Shown: positions 37,102 through 47,202 of the stretch, piece after piece | Layout: each line of letters begins with the position of its first letter | Position numbering within the stretch: position 1 is the first letter of the stretch | Assembly: GCA_944384745.1 (NCBI GenBank) | Contig: CALWUO010000001.1 | Coordinates: forward strand, 13,975 to 77,974 | Source: an uncultured Butyricicoccus sp. | GTDB lineage: Bacteria; Bacillota; Clostridia; Oscillospirales; Butyricicoccaceae | Reading direction: 5' to 3' | Length of the DNA: 64,000 nt | Notes under the pieces: model-generated | Databases searched by the model: none | Seen by the model: only the letters and a program-made list of their open reading frames with translations | What the model was told of the DNA's origin: nothing | Position numbers and translations under genes: made by a program

Positions 37102-37785
37102 ATGAAAATTAAACTTTGCCCATCTATTTTATCTGCTGACTTTGCAAATCTAGCAAGAGATGTAAAACTTGCAGTTGATGCTGGTGCAGATTATATTCAT
37201 GTCGATGTTATGGACGGTCATTTTGTGCCTAATATTTCACTTGGAGCACCTGTTTTAAAATCGCTTAGAGCTGCAACAGATGCGGTTTTAGATGTGCATT
37301 TAATGATTGAAAATCCAGACCAGTATATTGATGATTTTATTAAAGCGGGTGCAGATATTCTAACAGTACACTATGAAGCAAATGGTGATACATTAGAGCA
37401 ACTTAAAAAAATTAAAAATGCAGGAATTAAAGCATCTTGTGTAATCAAGCCTAAAACACCAACTGAAGTTTTACTTCCTTTATTGCCATATTGTGATATG
37501 GTGCTACTTATGACTGTTGAACCAGGTTTTGGCGGTCAAGGCTTTATTCCTGAAAGCATGGAGAGAATTAAATATATAAGAAAAGTTATAAATGAAAATA
37601 ATTATAACTGTGAACTGGAAATAGATGGTGGTGCTAAACTAACAAATACTGCTGATATTGTCGCAGCGGGTGCAAATGTTATTGTTGCAGGCTCTGCTGT
37701 TTTTGAAGGCGATATTCAGAAAAATGTAAAAGCATTTTATGAAGTTTTTGAAAAAGGCATAGAAAAAGCCGATTGGATAAAGTAA
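37102..37785 (+). CDS. rpe: ribulose-phosphate 3-epimerase
   Basis: PSILSADF and HVDVMDGHFVPN motifs. Confidence 0.9.
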   Translation: MKIKLCPSILSADFANLARDVKLAVDAGADYIHVDVMDGHFVPNISLGAPVLKSLRAATDAVLDVHLMIENPDQYIDDFIKAGADILTVHYEANGDTLEQLKKIKNAGIKASCVIKPKTPTEVLLPLLPYCDMVLLMTVEPGFGGQGFIPESMERIKYIRKVINENNYNCELEIDGGAKLTNTADIVAAGANVIVAGSAVFEGDIQKNVKAFYEVFEKGIEKADWIK

Positions 37786-37789
37786 AAAT

Positions 37790-37825
37790 AATCCGCAGAG
37801 GGTTAAAACTTTGCGGATTTTTTAT
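37790..37825 (+). terminator. terminator after rpe
   Basis: Stem AATCCGCA/TGCGGATT followed by TTTTTAT. Confidence 0.75.
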
Positions 37826-37839
37826 TTGTGGGGGTTTTA

Positions 37840-38121
37840 ATGGAAATTTTAGTTTTTATGATTGTTGGTGTGTTAATTGGTCGTTTTTGCTTCCCAAAGA
37901 AATTAAAAAAGCTAAATGAGAAAATGCAAGTTTTTATGACCATGTTACTTATTTTTGCTATGGGTGTAATGCTTGGCAGACGTGAAAATTTAATACATGA
38001 GCTTTCAAGTTTAGGTTTTAAAAGTCTGATTTTTTGCCTTATTCCAATTATTTTAAGCACGATTATTGTATATTTCTTAACAGAAAGATTTTTCGATAGA
38101 GATAAAGAGGAGGGCGAATAA
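37840..38121 (+). CDS. LysO-family (DUF340) membrane protein, small subunit-like; start uncertain (GTG at 37828 is also possible)
   Basis: About 93-aa hydrophobic ORF directly followed by the larger DUF340 ORF. Confidence 0.55.
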   Translation: MEILVFMIVGVLIGRFCFPKKLKKLNEKMQVFMTMLLIFAMGVMLGRRENLIHELSSLGFKSLIFCLIPIILSTIIVYFLTERFFDRDKEEGE

Positions 38122-38721
38122 GTGGTAATTTTAGCGGTTATTGCACTTGTTTTAGGCATGTTTTACGGACTTTCTGGTTATCAAATTTCTGTGCTTGATT
38201 ATCTTGCAAGCCATACAGACTATATTTTATATGCAACAATGGTTTTAGTAGGAATAAGTGTTGGACTACATGAAAGCATTCTGGAGCAAATGAAAAAATA
38301 TCATTTGAAATTATTGCTTATACCAACAGGAATTATAATAGGTTCTATTATCGGTGGAGTGATATGTAGTTTTATCTTAAATGAACCAATGAGAGAAAGT
38401 ATTGCAATTTCGGGCGGTCTTGGCTGGTATAGTTTAACTGGTGTTGCAATAGGTAACTTATCGGGTGCAGAATATGGAAGCATAGCATTTTTAAGTAATT
38501 TAATGCGTGAAATAATTTCATTTTTTGTAATTCCAGTGATTGCAATTAAACTAAATTATTACACCTGTATAGCTCCTGCTGGGGCTACGAGTGAGGATAC
38601 AACACTTCCTATGATGATACGTTATACAGATGAAAAAACAGTCGTTTTTTCTGTGCTTAATGGTGTTATTTGCTCGGCTTGTGTTCCTGTTATTATGTCG
38701 GTCTGTTACACTATATTTTAA
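38122..38721 (+). CDS. LysO-family (DUF340) lysine-exporter-like membrane protein
   Basis: 199-aa polytopic membrane ORF; GTG start 7 nt after a GAGGAGG SD. Confidence 0.6.
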   Translation: MVILAVIALVLGMFYGLSGYQISVLDYLASHTDYILYATMVLVGISVGLHESILEQMKKYHLKLLLIPTGIIIGSIIGGVICSFILNEPMRESIAISGGLGWYSLTGVAIGNLSGAEYGSIAFLSNLMREIISFFVIPVIAIKLNYYTCIAPAGATSEDTTLPMMIRYTDEKTVVFSVLNGVICSACVPVIMSVCYTIF

Positions 38722-38740
38722 ACCCAATATAAATAAACTT

Positions 38741-38778
38741 GAGTATAGCAATAAAAGTGCTATACTCTTTGTATTTTT
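38741..38778 (+). terminator. terminator after the DUF340 genes
   Basis: Stem GAGTATAGCA/TGCTATACTC followed by TTTGTATTTTT. Confidence 0.75.
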
Positions 38779-38896
38779 ACCATATTTTAGCATGTAATAT
38801 AGTCAAAGTGGTTGTTATTTGTACAAAAATTTGTTATAATGTGTACAATTATAAATACCAGACATAAGTTTTATTATGGTCTGAGAAGGGGCAAAC

Positions 38897-40975
38897 ATGA
38901 AAATCAAAAAATGGTTGACTGCGACGCCAGAACTAAATACGGCTCGCTCTCTTTCCACAGCCTGTGGATTTTCTCCGCTGGCAGCTGCGGTGCTTTGTGC
39001 AAGAGGTGTTGACACTAAAGAAAAAGCTGAAGCCTTTCTTGCAACAGATTTAGGTCATTTACATGACCCAATGCTGCTTAAAGATATGGATTTAGCGGTT
39101 GACGCTCTAAAGGACGCAATAGACAAAAATGAAAAAATAATAGTTTTTGGCGATTATGATGTAGATGGTATAACTTCAACCTGTGTACTTTTGAGATATT
39201 TAAGAAGTAAAGGTGCAAATGCTGATTACTATATACCAAACCGATTAAGTGAGGGCTATGGTCTTTCTTGTTCAGCAATGGATACACTATATAAACAAGG
39301 AGTTAGAACTATTGTTACAGTTGACTCAGGTGTTACAGCTTTAGAGGAAATAGAACACGCAACTAACCTTGGTATGCGTGTTATAGTTACAGACCATCAT
39401 GAATGCCGTGAACAGCTACCTGTTGCAACTGCGGTTGTAAATCCTAGAAGAAACGATTGTGATTATCCTTTTGATGAACTTGCAGGCGTTGGCGTGGCAT
39501 TTAAGTTAATTTGTGCTATGGAGGGTGTGGAAAAACTACCCGAAATAATAGAAAAATATTCGGATTTAGTGTCATTAGGCACAGTTGCTGATGTTATGCC
39601 AATTATAGGCGAAAATAGAATAATAGTGTTTCATGGTCTTAAATGTATGGAAAACACTAAAAATTTGGGGCTTGAAATGTTACTTCGTGAGTCTGGTCAA
39701 AAAAATCGCAGACTTACAGCCTCTACTATTAGCTTTGTGCTTGCACCTAGAATAAATGCTGCTGGTCGTATGGGTAATACTGAACAAGCGGTCGAACTTT
39801 TTTTAACTGATGACCCTGTTAGAGCTCAAGAACTTGCTGCTTTGCTTTGCGAGCAAAATAAACAGCGTCAAACAGCGGAAAATGATATTTTAGAGCAAGC
39901 ATTGTTATCACTTCGTAAAAACTATAATCCGCTAGAAGATAAGCTTATTGTGCTTGATGGTGAAGGTTGGCACCATGGTGTAATTGGTATTGTATCATCA
40001 AGACTTTGTGATAGATACGCTTGCCCAGTTATTTTAATTGCGGTTGATGATGGCATAGGTAAAGGTTCAGGTCGCTCAATGAGTGGATTTAATCTTTTTG
40101 AGGCACTGACAAATAGTGAACATCTATTAGATAAATATGGTGGTCATGAGCTTGCCGCAGGGCTTACAATAAAACAGGAGAATATAGAGCAGTTTAAAAA
40201 AGAAATCAAGCAATATGCAAATGAGCATATAAACCCAGATGACTTACTTCCTGTTATCAATATTGATTGCGAAATCACTCCAGATTATATAACAGAAGCC
40301 GCTGTGGACTCACTTACAAGATTAGAACCTTTTGGAATGAAAAATTCTCAGCCTGTTTTTTCAATATACAATATGTATGTTGAGGAAATAACACCTATTT
40401 CAAGCGATAAACATGTAAGGCTTACTCTTATGAAAGATGGTGTTACATACACTGCTATGTTATTTGGAACTGGTGCAGGTGGCTGCGGTTTTGCACAAGG
40501 TAATTTTGTTGATGTAGCTTTTAATCTTGAAATAAATGAATTTCGTTCACATCGCACAGTACAAATGATTTTAAAAGATGTAAGATTAAGCGAATGTGAA
40601 ATTAAAGCAGATGAAAAATTATTGTCGCTTTATAACAGATATATGTCTGATGGTGCATTAACAGCAGATGAGGCTAGAACTTTATATCCAGATAGACCTG
40701 ATTTAGTAGCGGTTTGGCGTCATATAATAAGTAGAGCAGAAGAAGGAATTTTACGAGTTCATTCTAATGCACTTTCAAGGCGTATTCAGTGGGAAAGCAA
40801 ACGTGAAATAAATATAGGTAAACTCTTTGTTTGTCTTGATGTTTTCAGTGAAAGCCAACTTCTTGATTACAATTTTAGGGATAATCTTTTAAATATTATG
40901 TTAAAACCTTTTAAAGGTAAAGCTGATATTTCAAAATCTATTGTGCTTGCAACTTTACGAAGTATGAGTAAATAA
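38897..40975 (+). CDS. recJ: single-stranded-DNA-specific exonuclease RecJ
   Basis: DHH motifs GDYDVDGITS and VTDHH; 692 aa. Confidence 0.9.
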   Translation: MKIKKWLTATPELNTARSLSTACGFSPLAAAVLCARGVDTKEKAEAFLATDLGHLHDPMLLKDMDLAVDALKDAIDKNEKIIVFGDYDVDGITSTCVLLRYLRSKGANADYYIPNRLSEGYGLSCSAMDTLYKQGVRTIVTVDSGVTALEEIEHATNLGMRVIVTDHHECREQLPVATAVVNPRRNDCDYPFDELAGVGVAFKLICAMEGVEKLPEIIEKYSDLVSLGTVADVMPIIGENRIIVFHGLKCMENTKNLGLEMLLRESGQKNRRLTASTISFVLAPRINAAGRMGNTEQAVELFLTDDPVRAQELAALLCEQNKQRQTAENDILEQALLSLRKNYNPLEDKLIVLDGEGWHHGVIGIVSSRLCDRYACPVILIAVDDGIGKGSGRSMSGFNLFEALTNSEHLLDKYGGHELAAGLTIKQENIEQFKKEIKQYANEHINPDDLLPVINIDCEITPDYITEAAVDSLTRLEPFGMKNSQPVFSIYNMYVEEITPISSDKHVRLTLMKDGVTYTAMLFGTGAGGCGFAQGNFVDVAFNLEINEFRSHRTVQMILKDVRLSECEIKADEKLLSLYNRYMSDGALTADEARTLYPDRPDLVAVWRHIISRAEEGILRVHSNALSRRIQWESKREINIGKLFVCLDVFSESQLLDYNFRDNLLNIMLKPFKGKADISKSIVLATLRSMSK

Positions 40976-41003
40976 AAATTTTTATATAAAGGAGGAAAAT
41001 AAT

Positions 41004-43193
41004 ATGACTTCTCCGATACAAACAAAAATAGATTTTTTAGTTGAAAGAGCTAAAAAACAAAACCCCAATATAAATGAAAAAAAAATCCGTGCTGCTTATG
41101 AGTGTGCAAGTATTGCTCATGAGGGGCAAAAACGTAAAAATGGCGAACCATATATTATACACCCTGTTTCTGTTGCGGAAATTATAGTCGAAATGGGTCT
41201 TGATACTGACTCAATCTGTGCAGGGCTTTTACATGACTGCATTGAAGACACCGAATTCGGCTATAAAGAAATAGAAAATAAATTCGGAACATCTGTTGCA
41301 GAGCTTGTTGACGGTGTAACAAGACTGGGAATGCTTAGATATTCAAAAGAACAAGAGCAATTTGAAGATTTAAGAAAAATGTTTCTTGCCATGGCTAAGG
41401 ATATAAGAGTTATACTTATAAAACTAGCTGATAGACTTCATAACGCAAGAACTTTCCAGTTTTTGCCTGAACGCAAACAACGTGATAAAGCTCTGGAAAC
41501 CATGGAAATTTACGCCCCTATTGCTCACCGCTTGGGTATGAGCCGTATTAAATGGGAGCTTGAAGACTTATCACTTAAATGTCTTGACCCTATTGGTTAT
41601 CAAGAAATTGTGGAGGGGCTTGAAAAACAATCAAGTCAACATGAGGAATTTTTAAACCATATCAAAGAATGCATAAGCGAAAAACTAAAGGAAGCAGAAA
41701 TTGAAAACACTATTTCTGCAAGAGTTAAACATATTTACTCAATTTATCGCAAAATGTACGCACAACATAAAACTATAAATGAAATCTATGATATTTGTGC
41801 TGTGCGTGTTATAGTTGACAGTGTTACAAACTGTTACAATGTTTTAGGTTATGTGCATGACCTTTATAAGCCAATCCCTGGCAGATTTAAAGATTATATT
41901 TCAACCCCTAAGCCAAATGGATATCAGTCACTTCATACAACGGTAATCGGTAGAGAGGGTATACCATTTGAAATACAAATCAGAACCGAAGAAATGCACA
42001 AAATGGCTGAGTTTGGTGTAGCTGCTCACTGGAAATACAAACAAGGTCTTGATAAAACAGGCAATGAACAGGCTTTCGCTTGGATACGTCAACTACTAGA
42101 AGCTCAACAGGATACTGAAGCAGAGGACTTTATAAAAGCGATTAAAGTAGATTTATTTGCAGATGAAGTATTTGTATTTACACCAAAAGGCGATGTTGTA
42201 AATATGCCAGCAGGTGCAACTCCTATTGACCTTGCTTATGCCATTCACTCAGCAGTTGGAAACCGCATGGTTGGTGCTAAAATAAATGGCAGAATTGCTC
42301 CTATTGACTCACAACTTAAAAATGGCGATATTGTTGAAATTTTAACCTCTAAAGAAACACATGGTCCATCAAGAAACTGGGTCAAAATTGTTAAAACCAC
42401 TGAGGCAAGAAATAAAATCAAACAATGGTTTAAAAAGGAATGTAGAGAAGAAAATATTGAGCAGGGCAAAGCAGAGCTTGATAGAGAACTTAAAGCCAAT
42501 CTTATGTATAATGGCTTCTATGAGAATGAAGAAATACAAAAGAATGTTTTACAAAAGTTTACTTTCTCATCTATGGACGAACTTTATGCTGCTATTGGTT
42601 ATGGTGGTATAACAATAACTAAGGTTCTTAACAAAATCAAAGATGATGTTATGAAAGTTCGTAAGGCTCAAGAAAAAGTTGATAAACTTGAGCAGCCTCA
42701 AGCGGATAAGAAAAAAGGTAAAAGTGAATCTGGTGTTATGGTTGAGGGCATTGACAACTGTTTAGTTAAATTTGCAAGATGTTGCACACCAATTCCAGGT
42801 GACGACATTATAGGCTTTGTTACCCGTGGTTATGGTGTTTCTATACACAGAAAAGACTGTGTAAATGTTAGAAACCATAATTCAAAGGACGAAGAAAATC
42901 GTTGGATTCGTGTCTGGTGGGACGAAGAATCACTTGATAACAAAAAGAACAGATTTTCAACTGGTCTACAAATTTCAACTAAAAGTCGCATTGGTGTGCT
43001 TAGTGATGTTGCGGTATTACTTGCTCAAGCACATGTAAATGTTCATGAGCTTTCAGCTAGAGATTTAAATGATGGTTTTGGTATGATTACTGCTGTTGTT
43101 GATGTTTCTGGTATAGGTCAACTTGATAATATTATAAATAGGCTTAAAAAAATCAAGGGTGTGCTTGATGTAACCAGAACAGCGGAAAACTAG
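41004..43193 (+). CDS. rel: bifunctional (p)ppGpp synthetase/hydrolase (RelA/SpoT homolog)
   Basis: HD domain (LHDCIEDT); synthetase motif (RVKHIYSIYRKM); TGS and ACT regions; 729 aa. Confidence 0.9.
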   Translation: MTSPIQTKIDFLVERAKKQNPNINEKKIRAAYECASIAHEGQKRKNGEPYIIHPVSVAEIIVEMGLDTDSICAGLLHDCIEDTEFGYKEIENKFGTSVAELVDGVTRLGMLRYSKEQEQFEDLRKMFLAMAKDIRVILIKLADRLHNARTFQFLPERKQRDKALETMEIYAPIAHRLGMSRIKWELEDLSLKCLDPIGYQEIVEGLEKQSSQHEEFLNHIKECISEKLKEAEIENTISARVKHIYSIYRKMYAQHKTINEIYDICAVRVIVDSVTNCYNVLGYVHDLYKPIPGRFKDYISTPKPNGYQSLHTTVIGREGIPFEIQIRTEEMHKMAEFGVAAHWKYKQGLDKTGNEQAFAWIRQLLEAQQDTEAEDFIKAIKVDLFADEVFVFTPKGDVVNMPAGATPIDLAYAIHSAVGNRMVGAKINGRIAPIDSQLKNGDIVEILTSKETHGPSRNWVKIVKTTEARNKIKQWFKKECREENIEQGKAELDRELKANLMYNGFYENEEIQKNVLQKFTFSSMDELYAAIGYGGITITKVLNKIKDDVMKVRKAQEKVDKLEQPQADKKKGKSESGVMVEGIDNCLVKFARCCTPIPGDDIIGFVTRGYGVSIHRKDCVNVRNHNSKDEENRWIRVWWDEESLDNKKNRFSTGLQISTKSRIGVLSDVAVLLAQAHVNVHELSARDLNDGFGMITAVVDVSGIGQLDNIINRLKKIKGVLDVTRTAEN

Positions 43194-43206
43194 GGGGGTT
43201 GTAACT

Positions 43207-43659
43207 ATGCGTGCATTAATTCAGCGTGTAAAACATGCGTCTGTAACTATAAATTCACAAATTACAGGTAAAATAAATAATGGTTTGCTTATTTTTCTTG
43301 GAGTTGGTGAGGACGACACCGAAAGACAAGTGCAATATTTAGTTGAAAAATGCACTGGACTTCGTATTTTTACAGATGAACAAGATAAAATGAACTTATC
43401 TGTAAAAGATATAAAGGGTGATATACTTATTGTTTCTCAGTTTACGCTTTATGGAGATTGTAAAAAGGGTAAACGTCCAAGTTTTGTTCGTGCAGCTCGC
43501 CCAGAAACTGCAATTCCTCTATATGAGTCATTTATAGCTCATTGTAAAAACACTGGTCTTAATGTTCAGACAGGTGAGTTTGGTGCAGATATGCAAATTG
43601 AGCTTGTAAACGATGGCCCTGTTACAATATGGTTAGATACTGAGGAAATGGGCAAATAA
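43207..43659 (+). CDS. dtd: D-aminoacyl-tRNA deacylase
   Basis: MRALIQRV N-terminus and SQFTLYGD motif. Confidence 0.9.
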   Translation: MRALIQRVKHASVTINSQITGKINNGLLIFLGVGEDDTERQVQYLVEKCTGLRIFTDEQDKMNLSVKDIKGDILIVSQFTLYGDCKKGKRPSFVRAARPETAIPLYESFIAHCKNTGLNVQTGEFGADMQIELVNDGPVTIWLDTEEMGK

Positions 43660-43685
43660 ATATATTTTTTAAGGAATAAATAAAT

Positions 43686-44315
43686 ATGAAGATTTTACAT
43701 TTAACAGTTGGTATGGTTGCCACTAATTGCTATATTTTTTATGACGAAAACACTATGGAGGGTGCAGTTATTGACCCAGGCGACAATGCAAAATCTATTT
43801 TAAAAACAATAGATGATGAAAAAATTAAACTTCAATATGTGCTTTTAACTCATGGACATTTTGACCATATTCTAGCAGTGCATGATGTTGTTAATGCAAC
43901 TGGAGCTAAACTTGTATGTAATAAAGATGATTTATGGTTATTAAATAAAGATGCTATGGGTGAATTTAAGCCATTTGTTAAGAATTTTAAGGAAACTCCT
44001 GTAAATATTGAGGCTGAGGACGGCACAGAAATTAAAATAGGCGGTCTGACTGCAAAATATATAAGCACTCCAGGACATACTCCAGGGTCTAGTGTAATTG
44101 TTGTAGAAGATGTTATGTTTACTGGTGATACCCTTTTCCGCAGAGAATGTGGTAGATGTGACCTTGAAGGCGGAGATTTTCCAACTATGCTTCGTTCACT
44201 TAAAAAACTCTATGATATGCAGGGCGATTATAAAGTTTTACCAGGACATGATGCTTTTTCTACTTTGCAAGAGGAAAGAGAGTATAACAGATATATGCGT
44301 GAGGCAATAAAGTGA
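43686..44315 (+). CDS. MBL-fold metallo-hydrolase
   Basis: THGHFDH metal-binding motif; 209 aa. Confidence 0.8.
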   Translation: MKILHLTVGMVATNCYIFYDENTMEGAVIDPGDNAKSILKTIDDEKIKLQYVLLTHGHFDHILAVHDVVNATGAKLVCNKDDLWLLNKDAMGEFKPFVKNFKETPVNIEAEDGTEIKIGGLTAKYISTPGHTPGSSVIVVEDVMFTGDTLFRRECGRCDLEGGDFPTMLRSLKKLYDMQGDYKVLPGHDAFSTLQEEREYNRYMREAIK

Positions 44316-45769
44316 TTTATATTCTAAAAGGGCATGATTTACGCCATGCAGTAGAAGAAATGATTTTGCATTTGTTGCCAACAGTTATAACCGAACAGGC
44401 GGAAACTGAAAAAGGTGATTACTGCATAAGCAAGCTTGAAATTGATGGTCAAAATGCTAAAGCAACAGCAATAGTTAGAATTGGAGATAGAATAGAACAA
44501 AAATCAAAAGAGGCTATTTTGCCGAATGCAGATGAACTTGCAAATAAAAGAGTTCTCACTGAAATTATAAAATTATCTATTTACAATGCTATAATGATGT
44601 TTTTGGATAAAGCACCAGAATGGGGCAGTCTTACAGGTGTTCGTCCAGCTAAACTTGCAAGAGGATTGATGGATAGAGGGCTTACAAGAGCTGAAGCGGC
44701 TGTGCAATTTCGTGAAAAGTTTGGTGTTTCGGCAGAACGAACTGCCCTTACTATGAGGGCAGCGGCTTATGCTCAAAATACAATAGAACTTTTGCCTGAA
44801 AATTCGGTTTCGCTTTATATTGGAATACCTTTTTGTCCATCAAGATGTGCATATTGTTCTTTTGTATCACAATCTATTGAAAAATCTGCTGGACTTATTC
44901 CGCCATATGTTGACTCAATATGTGAGGAAATCAAACGAACAGGCGAAATTGTAGCAAATAGCAAAAGAGTGCTTTCAAGTGTTTATATGGGTGGAGGTAC
45001 ACCTACAACATTATCACCAGAGCAACTTGAAAAAATTATGCTATGTGTTAGAAATTCTTTTGATATGTCAAATCTTATAGAATATACTGTCGAAGCAGGT
45101 AGACCAGATACAATTACAGCCGAAAAAATGCAAGCAATTAAACTTGGTGGTGCAGATAGAGTTTCTATAAATCCTCAGACTATGAACGATGAAGTTTTAA
45201 AAAATATTGGTAGACATCATAATGCAGATGATGTTATAAAAGCCTATGAAATAGCAAGAAAAACAGGCTTTTCGGTTATAAATATGGATACTATCGCAGG
45301 GCTTGCAGGTGATACGCCAGATAGCTTTGAAAACACTATAAACACACTTATAGGTTTAAATCCCGAAAATATAACCGTTCACACACTTGCAATTAAACGT
45401 GGTGCGGATTTATACGACAAAGAAGCAAATGCAAATCAATATAGTTCGGTTAAAACAATGCTTGATACTGGCTCAAAATTGCTTAGTAGTGCGGGTTATG
45501 GTCCATATTATCTATATAGACAAAAATTTACAGCGGGCGGTTTTGAAAATGTGGGTTGGTGCAAACCAAATACAGAAAACATTTATAATATAGCTATGAT
45601 GGAAGAAATTCAAAGTATTTTATCTGTTGGTGCTGGTGCTGTTAGTAAATTGGTTGACCTTAAAACAGGTAAAATAACCCGTTTTGTAAATCCAAAATAT
45701 CCTAAGGAATATATGGAATCTAGTGAGCGTATTATTTTAGGTAAGCAGAAATTATTCCATGTATTTTAG
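44312..45769 (+). CDS. hemZ: HemN-like radical SAM protein, HemZ-type (oxygen-independent coproporphyrinogen oxidase family)
   Basis: CPSRCAYCSF CxxxCxxC cluster motif; 485 aa; GTGA overlap with the upstream stop. Confidence 0.7.
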   Translation: MIYILKGHDLRHAVEEMILHLLPTVITEQAETEKGDYCISKLEIDGQNAKATAIVRIGDRIEQKSKEAILPNADELANKRVLTEIIKLSIYNAIMMFLDKAPEWGSLTGVRPAKLARGLMDRGLTRAEAAVQFREKFGVSAERTALTMRAAAYAQNTIELLPENSVSLYIGIPFCPSRCAYCSFVSQSIEKSAGLIPPYVDSICEEIKRTGEIVANSKRVLSSVYMGGGTPTTLSPEQLEKIMLCVRNSFDMSNLIEYTVEAGRPDTITAEKMQAIKLGGADRVSINPQTMNDEVLKNIGRHHNADDVIKAYEIARKTGFSVINMDTIAGLAGDTPDSFENTINTLIGLNPENITVHTLAIKRGADLYDKEANANQYSSVKTMLDTGSKLLSSAGYGPYYLYRQKFTAGGFENVGWCKPNTENIYNIAMMEEIQSILSVGAGAVSKLVDLKTGKITRFVNPKYPKEYMESSERIILGKQKLFHVF

Positions 45770-45785
45770 AATGTGAGGAAACACA

Positions 45786-46700
45786 ATGGCGACATATCAA
45801 CTGGACTTTATAAATAAACAGGCACAAAAAAATCCAGAAGATTTTATTATTCAGTGTGAACAACACTATGTAAACCAAATTGAGTTGGTAGCGGAGGAAT
45901 TAGTTAATAATCATAAACAAAAACCAATAGCTTTATTATGTGGTCCATCATCTAGTGGAAAAACCACAACAGCGGATAGACTTTGTCGCAGTATAAAGAA
46001 AAAAGGGTTAAATGTAGATACTATCTCAATGGACGATTATTATTTAACCCGTAATACTTATGAAGTCCCTTGGGACGATGAAAACGGGGTTTATGATTTT
46101 GAGTCTCCTCTTTGTATGGATTTACCACTTTTGCATGACCATTTAAAAAAATTGACTGAGGGCGAAGAAATAGCCGTTCCTACCTTTGATTTTGCAAAAA
46201 AAGAGCGAACTGACAAGGTAAAACCATTATCACTCTCTGAAGATAAAATGATTGTGATTGAAGGTATTCATGCCTTTAATGAAACCCTTATGGGCGGCTT
46301 AGAACAATCAGCCTCAGGCATTTATATATCTCTTGCAAGTAGTGTTGACACTGGGAAAAGTATATTAACACCAGACCAACTTAGATTTTGCAGACGTGCT
46401 GTTAGAGATTCCAAGTTTAGAGGTGCAAGTGTTGAAACAACAGTTAAACAATGGAAGTCTGTAAGACGTGGCGAAAGAATATATATTGACCCTTACAAAT
46501 TTTTTGCAAGTTATGCTATTGATTCATATTTACCGTATGAAACTCTTATATTTATGGATATACTGAGAAATGAAATCAAAGAAACTGAACTTGAAAATGC
46601 AGGACTTTCTCAAATATGTGAGTCTGAAAGGTTATTTAGTAAAATAGATTATAAGGATTATATGCCAGAAGCATCTGTTTTACATGAGTTTATTGGATAA
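45786..46700 (+). CDS. P-loop nucleoside/uridine-kinase-family protein
   Basis: Walker A motif GPSSSGKTTTA; 304 aa. Confidence 0.5.
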   Translation: MATYQLDFINKQAQKNPEDFIIQCEQHYVNQIELVAEELVNNHKQKPIALLCGPSSSGKTTTADRLCRSIKKKGLNVDTISMDDYYLTRNTYEVPWDDENGVYDFESPLCMDLPLLHDHLKKLTEGEEIAVPTFDFAKKERTDKVKPLSLSEDKMIVIEGIHAFNETLMGGLEQSASGIYISLASSVDTGKSILTPDQLRFCRRAVRDSKFRGASVETTVKQWKSVRRGERIYIDPYKFFASYAIDSYLPYETLIFMDILRNEIKETELENAGLSQICESERLFSKIDYKDYMPEASVLHEFIG

Positions 46701-46794
46701 CAAAAATCGCCTTGATTTTTATATAGTAGGGGTGTATAATACCTGCAACCAATAGAAAAATAAATGAAAATTTTTATAAAAAGGAGTTTTAACT

Positions 46795-47187
46795 ATGGAC
46801 CCTAAAGTTTATAAAATGCTGGAAAAAGCAAAGATTTTTGCAGAAAAAACAGGCGTAGCAGCAACTCAAGCTGCTCAAAATGCAAGCAAAGTGGCTGGAG
46901 ATATGGCTCAGGCTACAAAACTAAATTTGCAGATTTTTGATTTAAACACAGAATGTGAACTGCTTTATAAGGAAATGGGCAAACTTGTATATGATATCCA
47001 TTTAGGAATTGATGTTGAACAAGATGCAATGGATAAATATTTAGCTGAAGTAGATGAAATCCGTGCTAAAATTGATGATTTACGTTTGCAGCTTTCACAG
47101 ACAAAACAGCAAGTGACCTGTCCTGTTTGTGGCAAGATATGCCAGAAAGATGATGTTTACTGTGCGGCTTGTGGTGCAATGCTATAA
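46795..47187 (+). CDS. coiled-coil protein with a C-terminal zinc ribbon
   Basis: CPVCG...CAACG at the C-terminus; AAGGAG SD. Confidence 0.5.
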   Translation: MDPKVYKMLEKAKIFAEKTGVAATQAAQNASKVAGDMAQATKLNLQIFDLNTECELLYKEMGKLVYDIHLGIDVEQDAMDKYLAEVDEIRAKIDDLRLQLSQTKQQVTCPVCGKICQKDDVYCAACGAML

Positions 47188-47202
47188 GAAAGGCGTGCGA
47201 TT

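Noticed and set aside
37840-38721. Two adjacent DUF340 ORFs considered as a frameshifted lysO pseudogene
   Set aside because: The second ORF has its own GAGGAGG SD and a GTG start directly after the first stop. A split small-plus-large arrangement is a common native organisation of this family.
38812-39015. Overlapping 66-aa ORFs on both strands at the recJ 5' end
   Set aside because: They overlap the recJ promoter and start region. They have no SD or motif, whereas recJ itself is well supported from 38897.
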